From Leidyana gryllorum EB-2025a (lineage: Eukaryota > Protista > Apicomplexa): DNA of 25,327 nucleotides. The stretch covers positions 1 to 25,327 of the forward strand of contig JBLWGC010000212.1 in the NCBI GenBank assembly GCA_048772705.1. Reading direction: 5' to 3'. Position 1 is the stretch's first letter. The number at the start of each line of letters is the position of its first letter. A program made the position numbers and the translations under genes. Below are positions 1-7,909 of this stretch, piece after piece. The notes under the pieces were generated by a model. It saw nothing but the letters and a program-made list of their open reading frames with translations, was not told the DNA's origin and ran no database searches.

Positions 1-10
1 AGAACAGCCC
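1..10 (+). tRNA. trnP: 3' end of tRNA-Pro (partial, window edge)
   Basis: AGAACAGCCC equals the 3' end of the Pro genes; following spacer matches 21188 onward. Confidence 0.75.
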
Positions 11-86
11 GCTTTGTTGTATCTTGACCCAACCTGCCTGGCAGCATGGTTCTGGGTTCGGGTGATTCTTCGGAGACAGTCGGGGG

Positions 87-159
87 GGGCGTGTAGCGCA
101 GTCGGTAGCGCGTAGGTCTCATAATCCTGAAGTCTAGAGTTCGATCCTCTCCACTCCCA
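87..159 (+). tRNA. trnM-CAT: tRNA-Met(CAT) elongator, 2 substitutions
   Basis: TAGGT-CTCATAA-TCCTG; near-identical to 13605-13677. Confidence 0.8.
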
Positions 160-203
160 GGGTCGGAATCGAAATCGCCGACAAACTCATCATGCTATCG
201 TTT

Positions 204-274
204 TGCATCTGTCGGGAATCGCACACGGGTTATCTTGATGGCAGCGAGAGACTCTTCCACTAGACCACAGATGC
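204..274 (-). pseudogene. tRNA-Gly(GCC)-derived pseudogene
   Basis: Gly acceptor GCATCTG/CAGATGC intact; D, anticodon and T arms altered. Confidence 0.8.
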
Positions 275-341
275 AGAACACGATCCTGTTGACTCTTGTA
301 CCTGGTGACAGCCATTCTTTATAAGCCTATCAATGCGTCAA

Positions 342-413
342 AGCCTTCTGCCGGAATCGAGCCGGCGCCTTCTCGCTTACGAAGCGAACGCTCTGCCCCT
401 AAGCTTCGAAGGC
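342..413 (-). pseudogene. Degenerate tRNA-Thr(CGT)
   Basis: Thr scaffold, loop TTCGTAA, mutated T-loop and acceptor. Confidence 0.75.
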
Positions 414-489
414 AATGTAAGTTGGAGATGACGAAACAGTCTCTATTGACGGAGATTACTGGAGCACTTTGCTCGAGTATTTCAATGGC

Positions 490-562
490 TTCCACTGCCG
501 GGACTTGAACCCGGATCGTGCGGGTGAGAGCCGCATATCCTAGCCACTTAGACTACAGTGGA
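490..562 (-). tRNA. trnE-CTC: tRNA-Glu(CTC)
   Basis: TGCGG-CTCTCAC-CCGCA, full cloverleaf. Confidence 0.92.
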
Positions 563-660
563 CAAGTCCTCGAGTTTAGGCTTCGGCCGAGAGCCGAACC
601 GTCTCGGAAAGATTCCACCATCAATACGACTGGAATTTGTTACCAAGTCCGAGCTTTCTT

Positions 661-724
661 GCCGCCCCAACTCCGTCGGTAGAGCGCAAGACTTTTGAAG
701 GGAGAACCGCGGGTTCGGGCGGCG
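661..724 (+). pseudogene. tRNA-Lys(TTT)-derived pseudogene with T-arm deletion
   Basis: Aligns to intact Lys at 23662-23734 but lacks the 3' T-stem. Confidence 0.8.
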
Positions 725-794
725 CGAGCAGTCCTAGTAAAGCTTGCTGAACCGTATGTGAAGCCACTGGCCGCAAAATGCCAAGTTCGACAGC

Positions 795-876
795 GGCAAC
801 TTGCCCGAGTGGTTAAGGGGGTAGACTAGAAATCTACTGGGCCGTGCCCGTGCTGGTTCAAATCCAGCAGTTGTCG
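795..876 (+). tRNA. trnS-AGA: tRNA-Ser(AGA)
   Basis: GTAGA-CTAGAAA-TCTAC, long variable arm, 82 nt. Confidence 0.9.
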
Positions 877-951
877 TGCGATGTGGTTGGAGGGTTAAAC
901 ACCAACTCACGCATGAATTTCTGAATGGTGGAAAAGCAACCGTGTGTCCTC

Positions 952-1022
952 TGCATCTGCCGGGAATCGAACCCGGGTCGTCTCGATGGCAACGAGACAT
1001 TCTACCACTAGACCACAGATGC
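952..1022 (-). tRNA. trnG-GCC: tRNA-Gly(GCC)
   Basis: TCTCG-TTGCCAT-CGAGA, 71 nt cloverleaf. Confidence 0.93.
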
Positions 1023-1102
1023 GTGACACCTTGTTGTTGAAGCTCGTACACGGTAACGGCCGTTTTCTGAACGAATGGAATGTCCGTGGCGTGTTCAGAG
1101 CG

Positions 1103-1172
1103 TCCGAGATAGCATAGTGGTTACTATTTTCGCATGTCAGGCCTAAGAAGCAGGCCCGATTGCCGGTAAATG
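1103..1172 (+). pseudogene. Degenerate tRNA-Asp
   Basis: 5' half matches Asp at 1478; 3' half decayed. Confidence 0.7.
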
Positions 1173-1195
1173 AGTCTGGAACGGGGGATGGTTTT

Positions 1196-1267
1196 GGGCC
1201 TATGGCGCAACGGTAGCGCGTCTGACTCCAGATCAGAAGGTTGGGTGTTCGAATCACTCTGGGCTCA
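1196..1267 (+). tRNA. trnW-CCA: tRNA-Trp(CCA), only copy seen
   Basis: TCTGA-CTCCAGA-TCAGA; T5 run shortly downstream. Confidence 0.92.
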
Positions 1268-1303
1268 ACCGGACTCTATGTTTTTCCCGTTTGGGACGCA
1301 ACC

Positions 1304-1383
1304 TGACAAAAGTGGGATTCGAACCCACGACCTTTCGGACTCCGGTTTGAGCACAGCGCCTCAGACCACCCGGTCATCTTGCC
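1304..1383 (-). pseudogene. Degenerate tRNA-Leu
   Basis: Homologous to 7584-7663 with many substitutions. Confidence 0.75.
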
Positions 1384-1477
1384 GGGATGTTGTTGGCTCG
1401 CCGCTCCACGCGTGTTCTATCCCTGGAATCTCAAGATGGAAGGACTTTTGGGGTTTCAGGCCGGTGTGTTCGGAGCG

Positions 1478-1549
1478 TCCGAGATAGTATAGTGGTTAGT
1501 ATTTCCGCCTGTCACGCGGAAGACCCGGGTTCGATTCCCGGTCTCGGAG
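1478..1549 (+). tRNA. trnD-GTC: tRNA-Asp(GTC)
   Basis: TCCGC-CTGTCAC-GCGGA, full cloverleaf. Confidence 0.93.
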
Positions 1550-1604
1550 CACAATTGATCTCGCTTAAGATTGTCTTTTTTGGTGCCCGCTGAAAGTTGC
1601 GAGC

Positions 1605-1677
1605 TACAGCCACCGAGGATCGAACTCGGGACCTTCTGCGTGTTAAGCAGACGTCGTAACCACTAGACCATGGCTGC
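1605..1677 (-). tRNA. trnV-AAC: tRNA-Val(AAC)
   Basis: TCTGC-TTAACAC-GCAGA. Confidence 0.92.
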
Positions 1678-1741
1678 ATGGATGGTCCCCGCAGCCCAAG
1701 AGAGGTGGCGAAGCTTCAGGGAGTAGTGAGGACCAGTTCAA

Positions 1742-1811
1742 GGGTCGCGCCGGGATCGAACCCAGGTCGCAAAATCCAAAGTGTCGAGTGCTAACCACCA
1801 AGGACGCAACC
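1742..1811 (-). pseudogene. Degenerate tRNA-Gln
   Basis: Homologous to 20611-20682; anticodon arm disrupted. Confidence 0.75.
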
Positions 1812-1968
1812 GGTTCAGCCCATCCCAGAAGAGTCGGACTAGCGCTTCCTCAACTGGACACATGCAACACGGGTCTTGTATACAGACCCCAGCGTCAAGA
1901 ATTGGATTCGAGTCGGGCAAAAACCTCAGTTCAATCATTCAACCAGTTGCGCTCTCCCCGAATGCTGC

Positions 1969-2050
1969 CGACAAGGGTGAGATTCGAACTCACGCGGGTG
2001 GCACCCAACGGCTTAGCAGGCCGCCGCCTTAACCACTCGGCCACCTTGCC
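1969..2050 (-). tRNA. trnS-GCT: tRNA-Ser(GCT)
   Basis: GCGGC-CTGCTAA-GCCGT, long variable arm. Confidence 0.9.
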
Positions 2051-2158
2051 GACGACATCTCTTACTCGCTGGCACTTTTCACAACGGTTTGGGGTCCTAG
2101 TCAAGCTTGCTTAACCGTATGTGACATCACTGGCCGCAAAATGCCGCGTTCGACAGGT

Positions 2159-2205
2159 GGCAACTTGCCCGAGTGGTTAAGGGGGTAGACTAGAATGGGC
2201 CTGGC
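2159..2205 (+). pseudogene. 5' fragment of tRNA-Ser(AGA)
   Basis: Matches 795 onward, then truncated. Confidence 0.75.
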
Positions 2206-2235
2206 GTGGCACAATCAACCAGGTGCCATCTCCTG

Positions 2236-2306
2236 TGCATCTGCCGGGAATCGAACCCGGGTCGTCTCGATGACAACGAGACATTCTACCACTAGACCAC
2301 AGATGC
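2236..2306 (-). tRNA. tRNA-Gly scaffold with GTC (Asp) anticodon
   Basis: Identical to Gly at 952-1022 except loop TTGTCAT. Confidence 0.8.
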
Positions 2307-2392
2307 GTAATAACTTGTTGCGCTAGTCGCTCGGTGTGCAGACGCCACAGCATTTCGTGATTCTTCATAGCATAGTTGCACCACCATCCGTT

Positions 2393-2460
2393 CGGCTGTT
2401 TGGTCTAGTATGTTCCTTCCTTGGGTGGAAGGAGTCTGGGCTCGATTTCCAGAACAGCAC
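2393..2460 (+). pseudogene. Degenerate tRNA-Pro
   Basis: Pro scaffold with deletions. Confidence 0.7.
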
Positions 2461-2609
2461 GTCTTACAATTGTTGTCTCACTCCGCGTCTCTCCAAGGTC
2501 GGCTAAGATATGCGGCTCTTACCCCGTACAATCCCGCATGAAGTCTAGACAGCTGAGACAAAATCTGATTTGCATCAGTTGTGAGGGGCTAAAACCCGAC
2601 CACTCGCCC

Positions 2610-2682
2610 AGACGCTACTGGGACTCGAGCCCACAATCCCCAGTTCCGTGGACCGACGCCACATCCATTGGGCCATACCGCC
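2610..2682 (-). pseudogene. Degenerate tRNA-Arg(ACG)
   Basis: Homologous to 3374-3446. Confidence 0.7.
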
Positions 2683-2769
2683 GATCAACGGGGGCGTCAA
2701 ATGAGAGTGTGTTGGGATCAAGCGTTGTCGATCCGGCAAGAGTTCCCATCCGAGAATCCAGAGACATAC

Positions 2770-2841
2770 TGTCCGAGCCAGGAATCGAGCCTGGGTTTGC
2801 ACGGCCACAACGTGCTGTCCTAACCACTAGACGATTCGGAC
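2770..2841 (-). tRNA. trnH-GTG: tRNA-His(GTG)
   Basis: GCACG-TTGTGGC-CGTGC; C54; one acceptor mismatch; no encoded G-1. Confidence 0.85.
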
Positions 2842-3040
2842 AATCTTCAGGTGTGGGGCCACTCCTCGCCACATGACGGAATCGACAGTTGCTAACTTGC
2901 CCGAGTGAGGAACTAGTGCAGATCCAGCAGTTGTCGTGCGATATGATTGGAGGGGTCAGACACCAACTTACGCATGAATCCTGTGGTTGAGCTGATGCTA
3001 TTTCCAGCATCAAACCCTCATATGGATCGACACAGGGGAA

Positions 3041-3112
3041 GCCTTCTTAGCTTAGAGGCAGAGCATTCGCTTTGTAAGCGAAAGGTCGCTGGTTCGATTG
3101 CGGCAGAAGGCT
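3041..3112 (+). tRNA. trnT-TGT: tRNA-Thr(TGT), T-stem mismatch
   Basis: TTCGC-TTTGTAA-GCGAA. Confidence 0.75.
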
Positions 3113-3285
3113 GGACTGCATCGGCTGGGAAGCTACAAAGCTTGAGTGTTTCGAGCTCCAATCAGCCTAGCTGAGTCTGTTAGCTCCGTGGGCAGAGGAT
3201 AAGTCTTCTAGCCACACAGTCGCAGGTTTGGAACCTGCAGTAGTGTGACGCACCCACAAGCTCAACGCAAACTCCGCCCGAGTCT

Positions 3286-3356
3286 CGAGTAGAAGTCCAA
3301 GGGTAGGATGCGAGCTTCCCATGCTTGGAGCCCGGGTTCGAGTCCCGGCAGTCTCG
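3286..3356 (+). pseudogene. tRNA-Gly(CCC) with decayed 5' acceptor strand
   Basis: CGAGC-TTCCCAT-GCTTG, T arm CCGGG-TTCGAGT-CCCGG; acceptor does not pair. Confidence 0.7.
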
Positions 3357-3373
3357 AATAAAAAACCCTTGCC

Positions 3374-3446
3374 GGCGCTATGGCCTAATGGATATGGCAT
3401 CGGTCTACGGAACCGGGGATTCTGGGTTCGAGTCCCAGTAGCGTCT
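3374..3446 (+). tRNA. trnR-ACG: tRNA-Arg(ACG)
   Basis: TCGGT-CTACGGA-ACCGG. Confidence 0.9.
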
Positions 3447-3653
3447 GGGAAAGTTGTGGGCTTGCAGCCCCTCACAACTGCTGCCACTCAGATTTTGTCT
3501 CAGCTGGTCTGGACTTCATTCGGGATTGTACGGGTGAAAGCCGCATATCCTAACCACTTGGACTACAGTTGACAAGCTCCCGAGCTGAGGCTTCGGATGA
3601 GAGCTGTACCATCTTGATCTGAGGTGGAGCGTCGGGTCAACCGACAACCAACG

Positions 3654-3725
3654 GGGCTGTTCTGGGAATCGAACCCAGGACTTCTTCCACCCGAAGGAAG
3701 AATCATACCACTAGACCAAACAGCC
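3654..3725 (-). tRNA. trnP-CGG: tRNA-Pro(CGG)
   Basis: CTTCC-TTCGGGT-GGAAG. Confidence 0.92.
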
Positions 3726-3859
3726 GTCTGTCGGTCGTGCAACCCGGTGAGCACAGTCGCGAGAGTGGTCATACTATGTTGAGAATCAACAAAATGCGAC
3801 GGGGTCTGCACAACAAAATGGAAGGACTCTTGGGGTTGGAGGCCGGCGTATCCAGAGCG

Positions 3860-3931
3860 TCCGGGATAGTATAGCGGTTAGGATTTCCGCCTACCACGCG
3901 GAGGACCCCGGTTCGATTCCCGGTCTCGGAG
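3860..3931 (+). pseudogene. tRNA-Asp scaffold with ACC anticodon, several substitutions
   Basis: TCCGC-CTACCAC-GCGGA. Confidence 0.7.
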
Positions 3932-3986
3932 CACACTTGGTTTCGCTTGAGATTCTCTCCTTTGGTTCTCGCTGAAAGTTGCGAGC

Positions 3987-4059
3987 TACAGCCACCAAGG
4001 ATCGAACTCGGGAACTTCTGCGTGTGAAGCAGACGTCGTAAGCACTAGACCATTGCTGC
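3987..4059 (-). pseudogene. Degenerate tRNA-Val(CAC)
   Basis: Loop TTCACAC; D-loop GG lost; acceptor mismatch. Confidence 0.7.
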
Positions 4060-4168
4060 ACGGAGCTTCCGGACTGTGAAAGCGGCGTGTGTCTCTGGAA
4101 ACAGGTATCTGATGGAGGCAGAAGGCTCGCACGGGTGCGAAGAATGACACCGAATGTCACACCCTCTT

Positions 4169-4241
4169 TGCCTCGGCCGTGGATCGAACACGGGACTTCC
4201 AGATCTTCAGTCTGGCGCTCTCCCAACTGAGCTACCGAGGC
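4169..4241 (-). tRNA. trnF-GAA: tRNA-Phe(GAA)
   Basis: CCAGA-CTGAAGA-TCTGG. Confidence 0.93.
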
Positions 4242-4425
4242 GGTAGGTAGTCATGGAAGGCGGTGAAAATAAGCACTTATCGCGGCCGTATGTGAGACCC
4301 ACTCCTCGCAGCATGACGCAATCGACAGTTGCCAACTTGCCCGAGTGAGGAACTAGTGTAGATCCAGCACATCTTGCGCCCTGTGGCTTCACATACGGTT
4401 CAGCAAGCTTGACTAGGGCTGCTCG

Positions 4426-4489
4426 CGCGGCGCGAAGCCGCGGTTTTCCCTTAAAAAGTCTGGCGCTCTACCGACGGAGTTGGGGCGGC
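4426..4489 (-). pseudogene. tRNA-Lys-derived pseudogene (same family as 661-724)
   Basis: Shared T-arm deletion. Confidence 0.75.
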
Positions 4490-4658
4490 AAAAGAGCTCG
4501 CCCTGTACCCAGGAAAGCGCAAGATTCCACGATCAATACAAATGGAATTTGTTACGAAGTCCGAATCTGTGTCAGAGATTTATTCACTTGGTCACGCCGA
4601 CATACCATTCTTTCCAAGACGATACGGCTCTCGGCCGAAGCCTCAACTCGAGTACGTG

Positions 4659-4731
4659 TCCACTGTAGTCTAAGTGGCTAGGATATGCGGCTTTCACCCG
4701 CACCATCCGGGTTCAAGTCCCGGCAGTGGAA
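4659..4731 (+). tRNA. trnE-TTC: tRNA-Glu(TTC)
   Basis: TGCGG-CTTTCAC-CCGCA. Confidence 0.88.
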
Positions 4732-4807
4732 GTCATTGAACTAGTCGACCAAAGTGCCACACTAATCTCCGTGAATAGCCATTCTTTCGTTATCTCCGGC
4801 TTACAGT

Positions 4808-4879
4808 GCCTTCTTAGCTTAGGGGCAGAGCATTCGCTTAGTAAGCGAAAGGTCGCCGGGTCGATTCCGGCAGAAGGCT
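4808..4879 (+). tRNA. trnT-AGT: tRNA-Thr(AGT), T54G variant
   Basis: TTCGC-TTAGTAA-GCGAA. Confidence 0.8.
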
Positions 4880-4893
4880 TTGATGCATCAAGA

Positions 4894-4966
4894 GGGCTGT
4901 TCTGGGAATCGAACACAGTACCTCTCGCATGCTAAGCGAGCGCTCTACCATTTGAGCTAGTCGCCC
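4894..4966 (-). pseudogene. Chimeric tRNA: 5' Ala(AGC) joined to 3' Pro at the T arm
   Basis: GGGCGACTAGCTC...GAGGTACTG followed by TTCGATTCCCAGAACAGCCC; 73 nt; acceptor unpaired. Confidence 0.85.
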
Positions 4967-5081
4967 ATTCAGCAAATCTCAGTACATCCAGTTCTTTTCA
5001 CATGGTATGACCAATCTCCCAACTGCATCGATCACTTTCACCAGTTTGTGCTCCACTTTGCACGAACGAAGGCACGCAGGA

Positions 5082-5154
5082 AACGGCTGGAGGGACTCGA
5101 ACCCTCAACCTTTGCCTTAGGAGGGCAACGCGCTATCCATTGCGCCACAACCGC
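5082..5154 (-). tRNA. trnR-CCT: tRNA-Arg(CCT), only copy seen
   Basis: TTGCC-CTCCTAA-GGCAA. Confidence 0.9.
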
Positions 5155-5254
5155 ATTCGGCACGCATCCGACTTTTGACTGGGACGAACGCGGGCTGCCC
5201 CGAGGTGTCTCCTCTTTCACCCAACCAGTATCCAGATGACCGAAGCCTATCCAT

Positions 5255-5327
5255 GGTGCGGTGGCCTAATGGATAGGGCATCGGTCTTCGGAACCGGGAG
5301 TTGTGGGTTCGAGTCCCATCCGCATCA
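5255..5327 (+). tRNA. trnR-TCG: tRNA-Arg(TCG)
   Basis: TCGGT-CTTCGGA-ACCGG. Confidence 0.9.
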
Positions 5328-5635
5328 TAGCCTCTCACTCGGAAGACGTTCCGTTTCGACCGAGGCAAGCTTGCTAGCTGTATGGGGAGCCACTGCCGCG
5401 CATGTCGAGTTGAAGTGCTAGTGATATGATTTTCCTTCGCTTGTGAGAGTGTTCGATTCGATTCCCGAGCAGTCTGTTTTTGAGTATGTTGCAGACAGCT
5501 CAACGCAGAAAACGCCCGAGTCTCTCGGGGTGCTGCAGCTCTTACGAAATTGCACTTGTGGTCTAAGGGTAAGTTACGACCTTGGAAGGGTCCAAGAGAA
5601 CAAGGGCCGTTGAGAGTGTACACCGTCGCACAACC

Positions 5636-5708
5636 CGGTCCTGGCAGGTTTCGAACCTGCGACTTTGTGGTTAACAGCTTCACGCTCTGCCGACTGAGCT
5701 ACGAGACC
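5636..5708 (-). pseudogene. Degenerate tRNA-Asn(GTT)
   Basis: Loop CTGTTAA; two anticodon-stem mismatches. Confidence 0.75.
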
Positions 5709-5858
5709 CAGTTACAATGTCCTTCCACCCGAGGAAGAATCATCCACTAGACCGAACAGCTCCCGTTACGGCACTGAGAGGTGGGAGAACTGTCCGCATC
5801 TCAACAGCCAGCGTTTCCGCTTCCTTCATCATGTCCGCGAGTGAGATGTCAGAATCTA

Positions 5859-5930
5859 TGATGCGGATGGGACTCGAACCCACCACTCCCGTTCCGCAGC
5901 CAGATGCCCCATCCATTAGGCCACCGCACC
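5859..5930 (-). pseudogene. Inverted degenerate copy of tRNA-Arg(TCG)
   Basis: Reverse complement of 5255-5327 with decayed anticodon arm. Confidence 0.75.
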
Positions 5931-6395
5931 ATGGACAGGCTGCGCTGAGTTCGATTCCCAGAACCAGCCCGTTTTGCTCTCGATCGACCCGACACTCCAC
6001 CTTTTTTAAGACGATACAGCTCTCCACCGAGGCTCCACTTCCCGGATCTTGTCCACTACAGTCTAAGTGGCCAGGTATGCGGCTCTCACCCGCACGCTTC
6101 AAGTTCGAGTAGGTCAATGCGATCCCAGTGAATTACTCCAGCATCGCCTTCTGCCCACCGGACCGCCGGACTGGAGCAGGCGTCACTGGAACTCGAGCAC
6201 AGAACCCCCACTTCGGTAAAACGATACCATATCCATCAGGCCATGGTGCCGGTCGGCAGGGGGAGTAAGCTGAGGTACCTGGGAGAAATAACACCCAAGC
6301 TTGCGGTGGGATAGAAACGAACCGCAAGAAATCCAATGCCACAACCATCCACAATGCGGGCGGAGGATCGCAACCATGTTTAGGCTGATGACTGA

Positions 6396-6467
6396 AGCCT
6401 CCTGTCGGAATCGAACCAGCGACTTTTCGCTTATAAAGCGCATGCTGTACCCCTAAGCTAAGGAGAC
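6396..6467 (-). pseudogene. Degenerate tRNA-Thr (loop reads TAT)
   Basis: Paralog of 18332-18403 with the same flanks. Confidence 0.7.
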
Positions 6468-6531
6468 ATTCCCTGTCTCGACCCATATGAGTTTTTCATG
6501 CTGGGAATTGCATTAGTTCCACCACATCGCA

Positions 6532-6613
6532 CGACAACTGCTGGATTTAAACCAGCGCGGGCCACGCCCAGTAGATTTCTAGTCTACCCCCTTAACCACT
6601 CGGGCAAGTTGCC
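6532..6613 (-). tRNA. trnS-AGA: tRNA-Ser(AGA), C56T variant
   Basis: Same scaffold as 795-876. Confidence 0.75.
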
Positions 6614-6677
6614 ACCTGTCGAACTCGGCATTTTGCGGCCAATGGTTTCACATACGGTTCAGCAAGCTTGAGTTCTC

Positions 6678-6741
6678 GCGCTGCCCGAACCCGCGGTCTC
6701 CCCTCAAAAGTCTTGCGCTCTATCGACGGACTTGGGGCGGC
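6678..6741 (-). pseudogene. tRNA-Lys-derived pseudogene
   Basis: Shared T-arm deletion family. Confidence 0.75.
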
Positions 6742-6841
6742 AACGAAGCTCGGACTTAGTAACAAATTCCATTCGTATTGATCGTGGAATCTTGGGCCTT
6801 CTTCGGGTACAGGGCGAATCTGTATCAGAGATCCACTCACT

Positions 6842-6915
6842 TGGTCACGCGCGGGCTCCAGTCGCGGACTCGGAAGTTATCAGGCTCACGCTCCAACCGA
6901 CTGGAATATGTGACC
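6842..6915 (-). pseudogene. tRNA-Ile relic (loop CTGATAA)
   Basis: Acceptor GGTCAC/GTGACC-A pairs, Ile-like D loop; anticodon and T stems decayed. Confidence 0.55.
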
Positions 6916-7159
6916 GCTTCAGAGTTGAGGTGAACAGTCACTAGCCGAAGGAGCGAGTGATGTGCACGGCAAAACCCCCATGACTGGGATTGAAGCGGCC
7001 GCTCAGACCTTCGTCCACCCCGCCAAACAGTCATTCCGAGAGCCAAATACTGACATCGAGAAGGGGGTGTACCTACACCACTGACAGTTCGCACGGAACC
7101 CCGATGGAAGGTGCGCTGGTCCGGATGGCTGTACCGACTCTTTTGGGATGGGCTGAGCC

Positions 7160-7231
7160 GGTTGCGTCGTGTAGTGGTTAGCACTGGAGACTCTGAATCT
7201 CCCGACCTGGGTTCGATTCGCCGCGCGACCT
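7160..7231 (+). pseudogene. tRNA-Gln(CTG) with broken T-stem
   Basis: GGAGA-CTCTGAA-TCTCC; 3' T-stem CGCCG. Confidence 0.75.
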
Positions 7232-7293
7232 TGGAACTGGTCCTCACTACTCCCTGAAACTTCGCCATGTCTTGGGCTGCGGAGACCATCCGT

Positions 7294-7365
7294 GCAGCAA
7301 TGGTCTAGTGGTTACGACGTCTGCTTCGCACGCAGAAGTCCCGATTTCGATCCTCGGTGGTTGTA
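7294..7365 (+). pseudogene. tRNA-Val scaffold with CGC anticodon
   Basis: TCTGC-TTCGCAC-GCAGA; T arm mutated. Confidence 0.75.
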
Positions 7366-7420
7366 GCTCGCAACTTTCAGCGAGAACCGAAGCAGAGAAT
7401 CTCAAGCGAAACCACCTGCG

Positions 7421-7492
7421 TTTCGAGACCGGCAATCGAACCCGGGTCTTCCGCGTGACAGGCGGAGGCACTAACCACCATACTAACTCGGA
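7421..7492 (-). pseudogene. Degenerate tRNA-Asp(GTC)
   Basis: Several stem mismatches. Confidence 0.7.
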
Positions 7493-7583
7493 CCCTCTGA
7501 ACACGCCGGCCTCCAATCCCAGAAGTCTTTCTATTTCGGCTCACGGACAGAAAACGTGTAAAGTGGCGAGCCAAGAACGCTCC

Positions 7584-7663
7584 GGCAAGATGGCCGAGTG
7601 GTCTAAGGCGCTGTGTTCAGGCCGCAGTCCGAAAGGGCGTGGGTTCGAATCCCACTCTTGTCA
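7584..7663 (+). tRNA. trnL-CAG: tRNA-Leu(CAG)
   Basis: CTGTG-TTCAGGC-CGCAG, variable arm with GAAA loop. Confidence 0.92.
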
Positions 7664-7829
7664 GCCGTTGTATTGGCACTCGGTGAGCTACTAGGATCCA
7701 TATCCAGTCTTACCAGAACTTGAGTCTGGCACCTCGGACGACCCCTAAATCTGCGGCGTAGTTGAGAGCTTGAAGTGTCACTGTCGAGGTTCTGAAGTTG
7801 AGCCTGCGAACCTCGACGCGGTTGGCCGG

Positions 7830-7909
7830 CCGGGGGTAGCTCAGTTGGTAGAGCATCTGACTGTAGTACTGGCATCAGATAGTCGGCGGTTCGATTCCGT
7901 CCCACCGGA
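7830..7909 (+). tRNA. trnY-GTA: tRNA-Tyr(GTA) with 7-nt intron (7867-7873)
   Basis: TCTGA-CTGTAG[TACTGGC]A-TCAGA; C1:G72. Confidence 0.88.

Larger units (their letters stand above)
7130..7640. repeat. Gln-Val-Asp-Leu cassette, inverted copy at about 9240-9760
   Basis: Near-identical reverse complement including shared lesions. Confidence 0.9.

Noticed and set aside
3860-3931. Functional alloacceptor switches on Asp scaffolds (ACC here, CTC near 11080-11150, GTG near 20348-20419)
   Set aside because: Each carries multiple other lesions, so neutral decay is the simpler explanation.
5552-5595. Possible tRNA-Gly(TCC)-like gene
   Set aside because: Only a 5' half-like remnant; no T arm or 3' acceptor strand.
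6960-7025. Possible Sec or opal-suppressor tRNA (CTTCAAT on the minus strand after a Leu/Ser-like 5' end)
   Set aside because: The anticodon stem, T arm and acceptor do not pair; at most a decayed relic. I saw no intact CTA, TTA or TCA anticodon tRNA, so there is no evidence for stop-codon reassignment.
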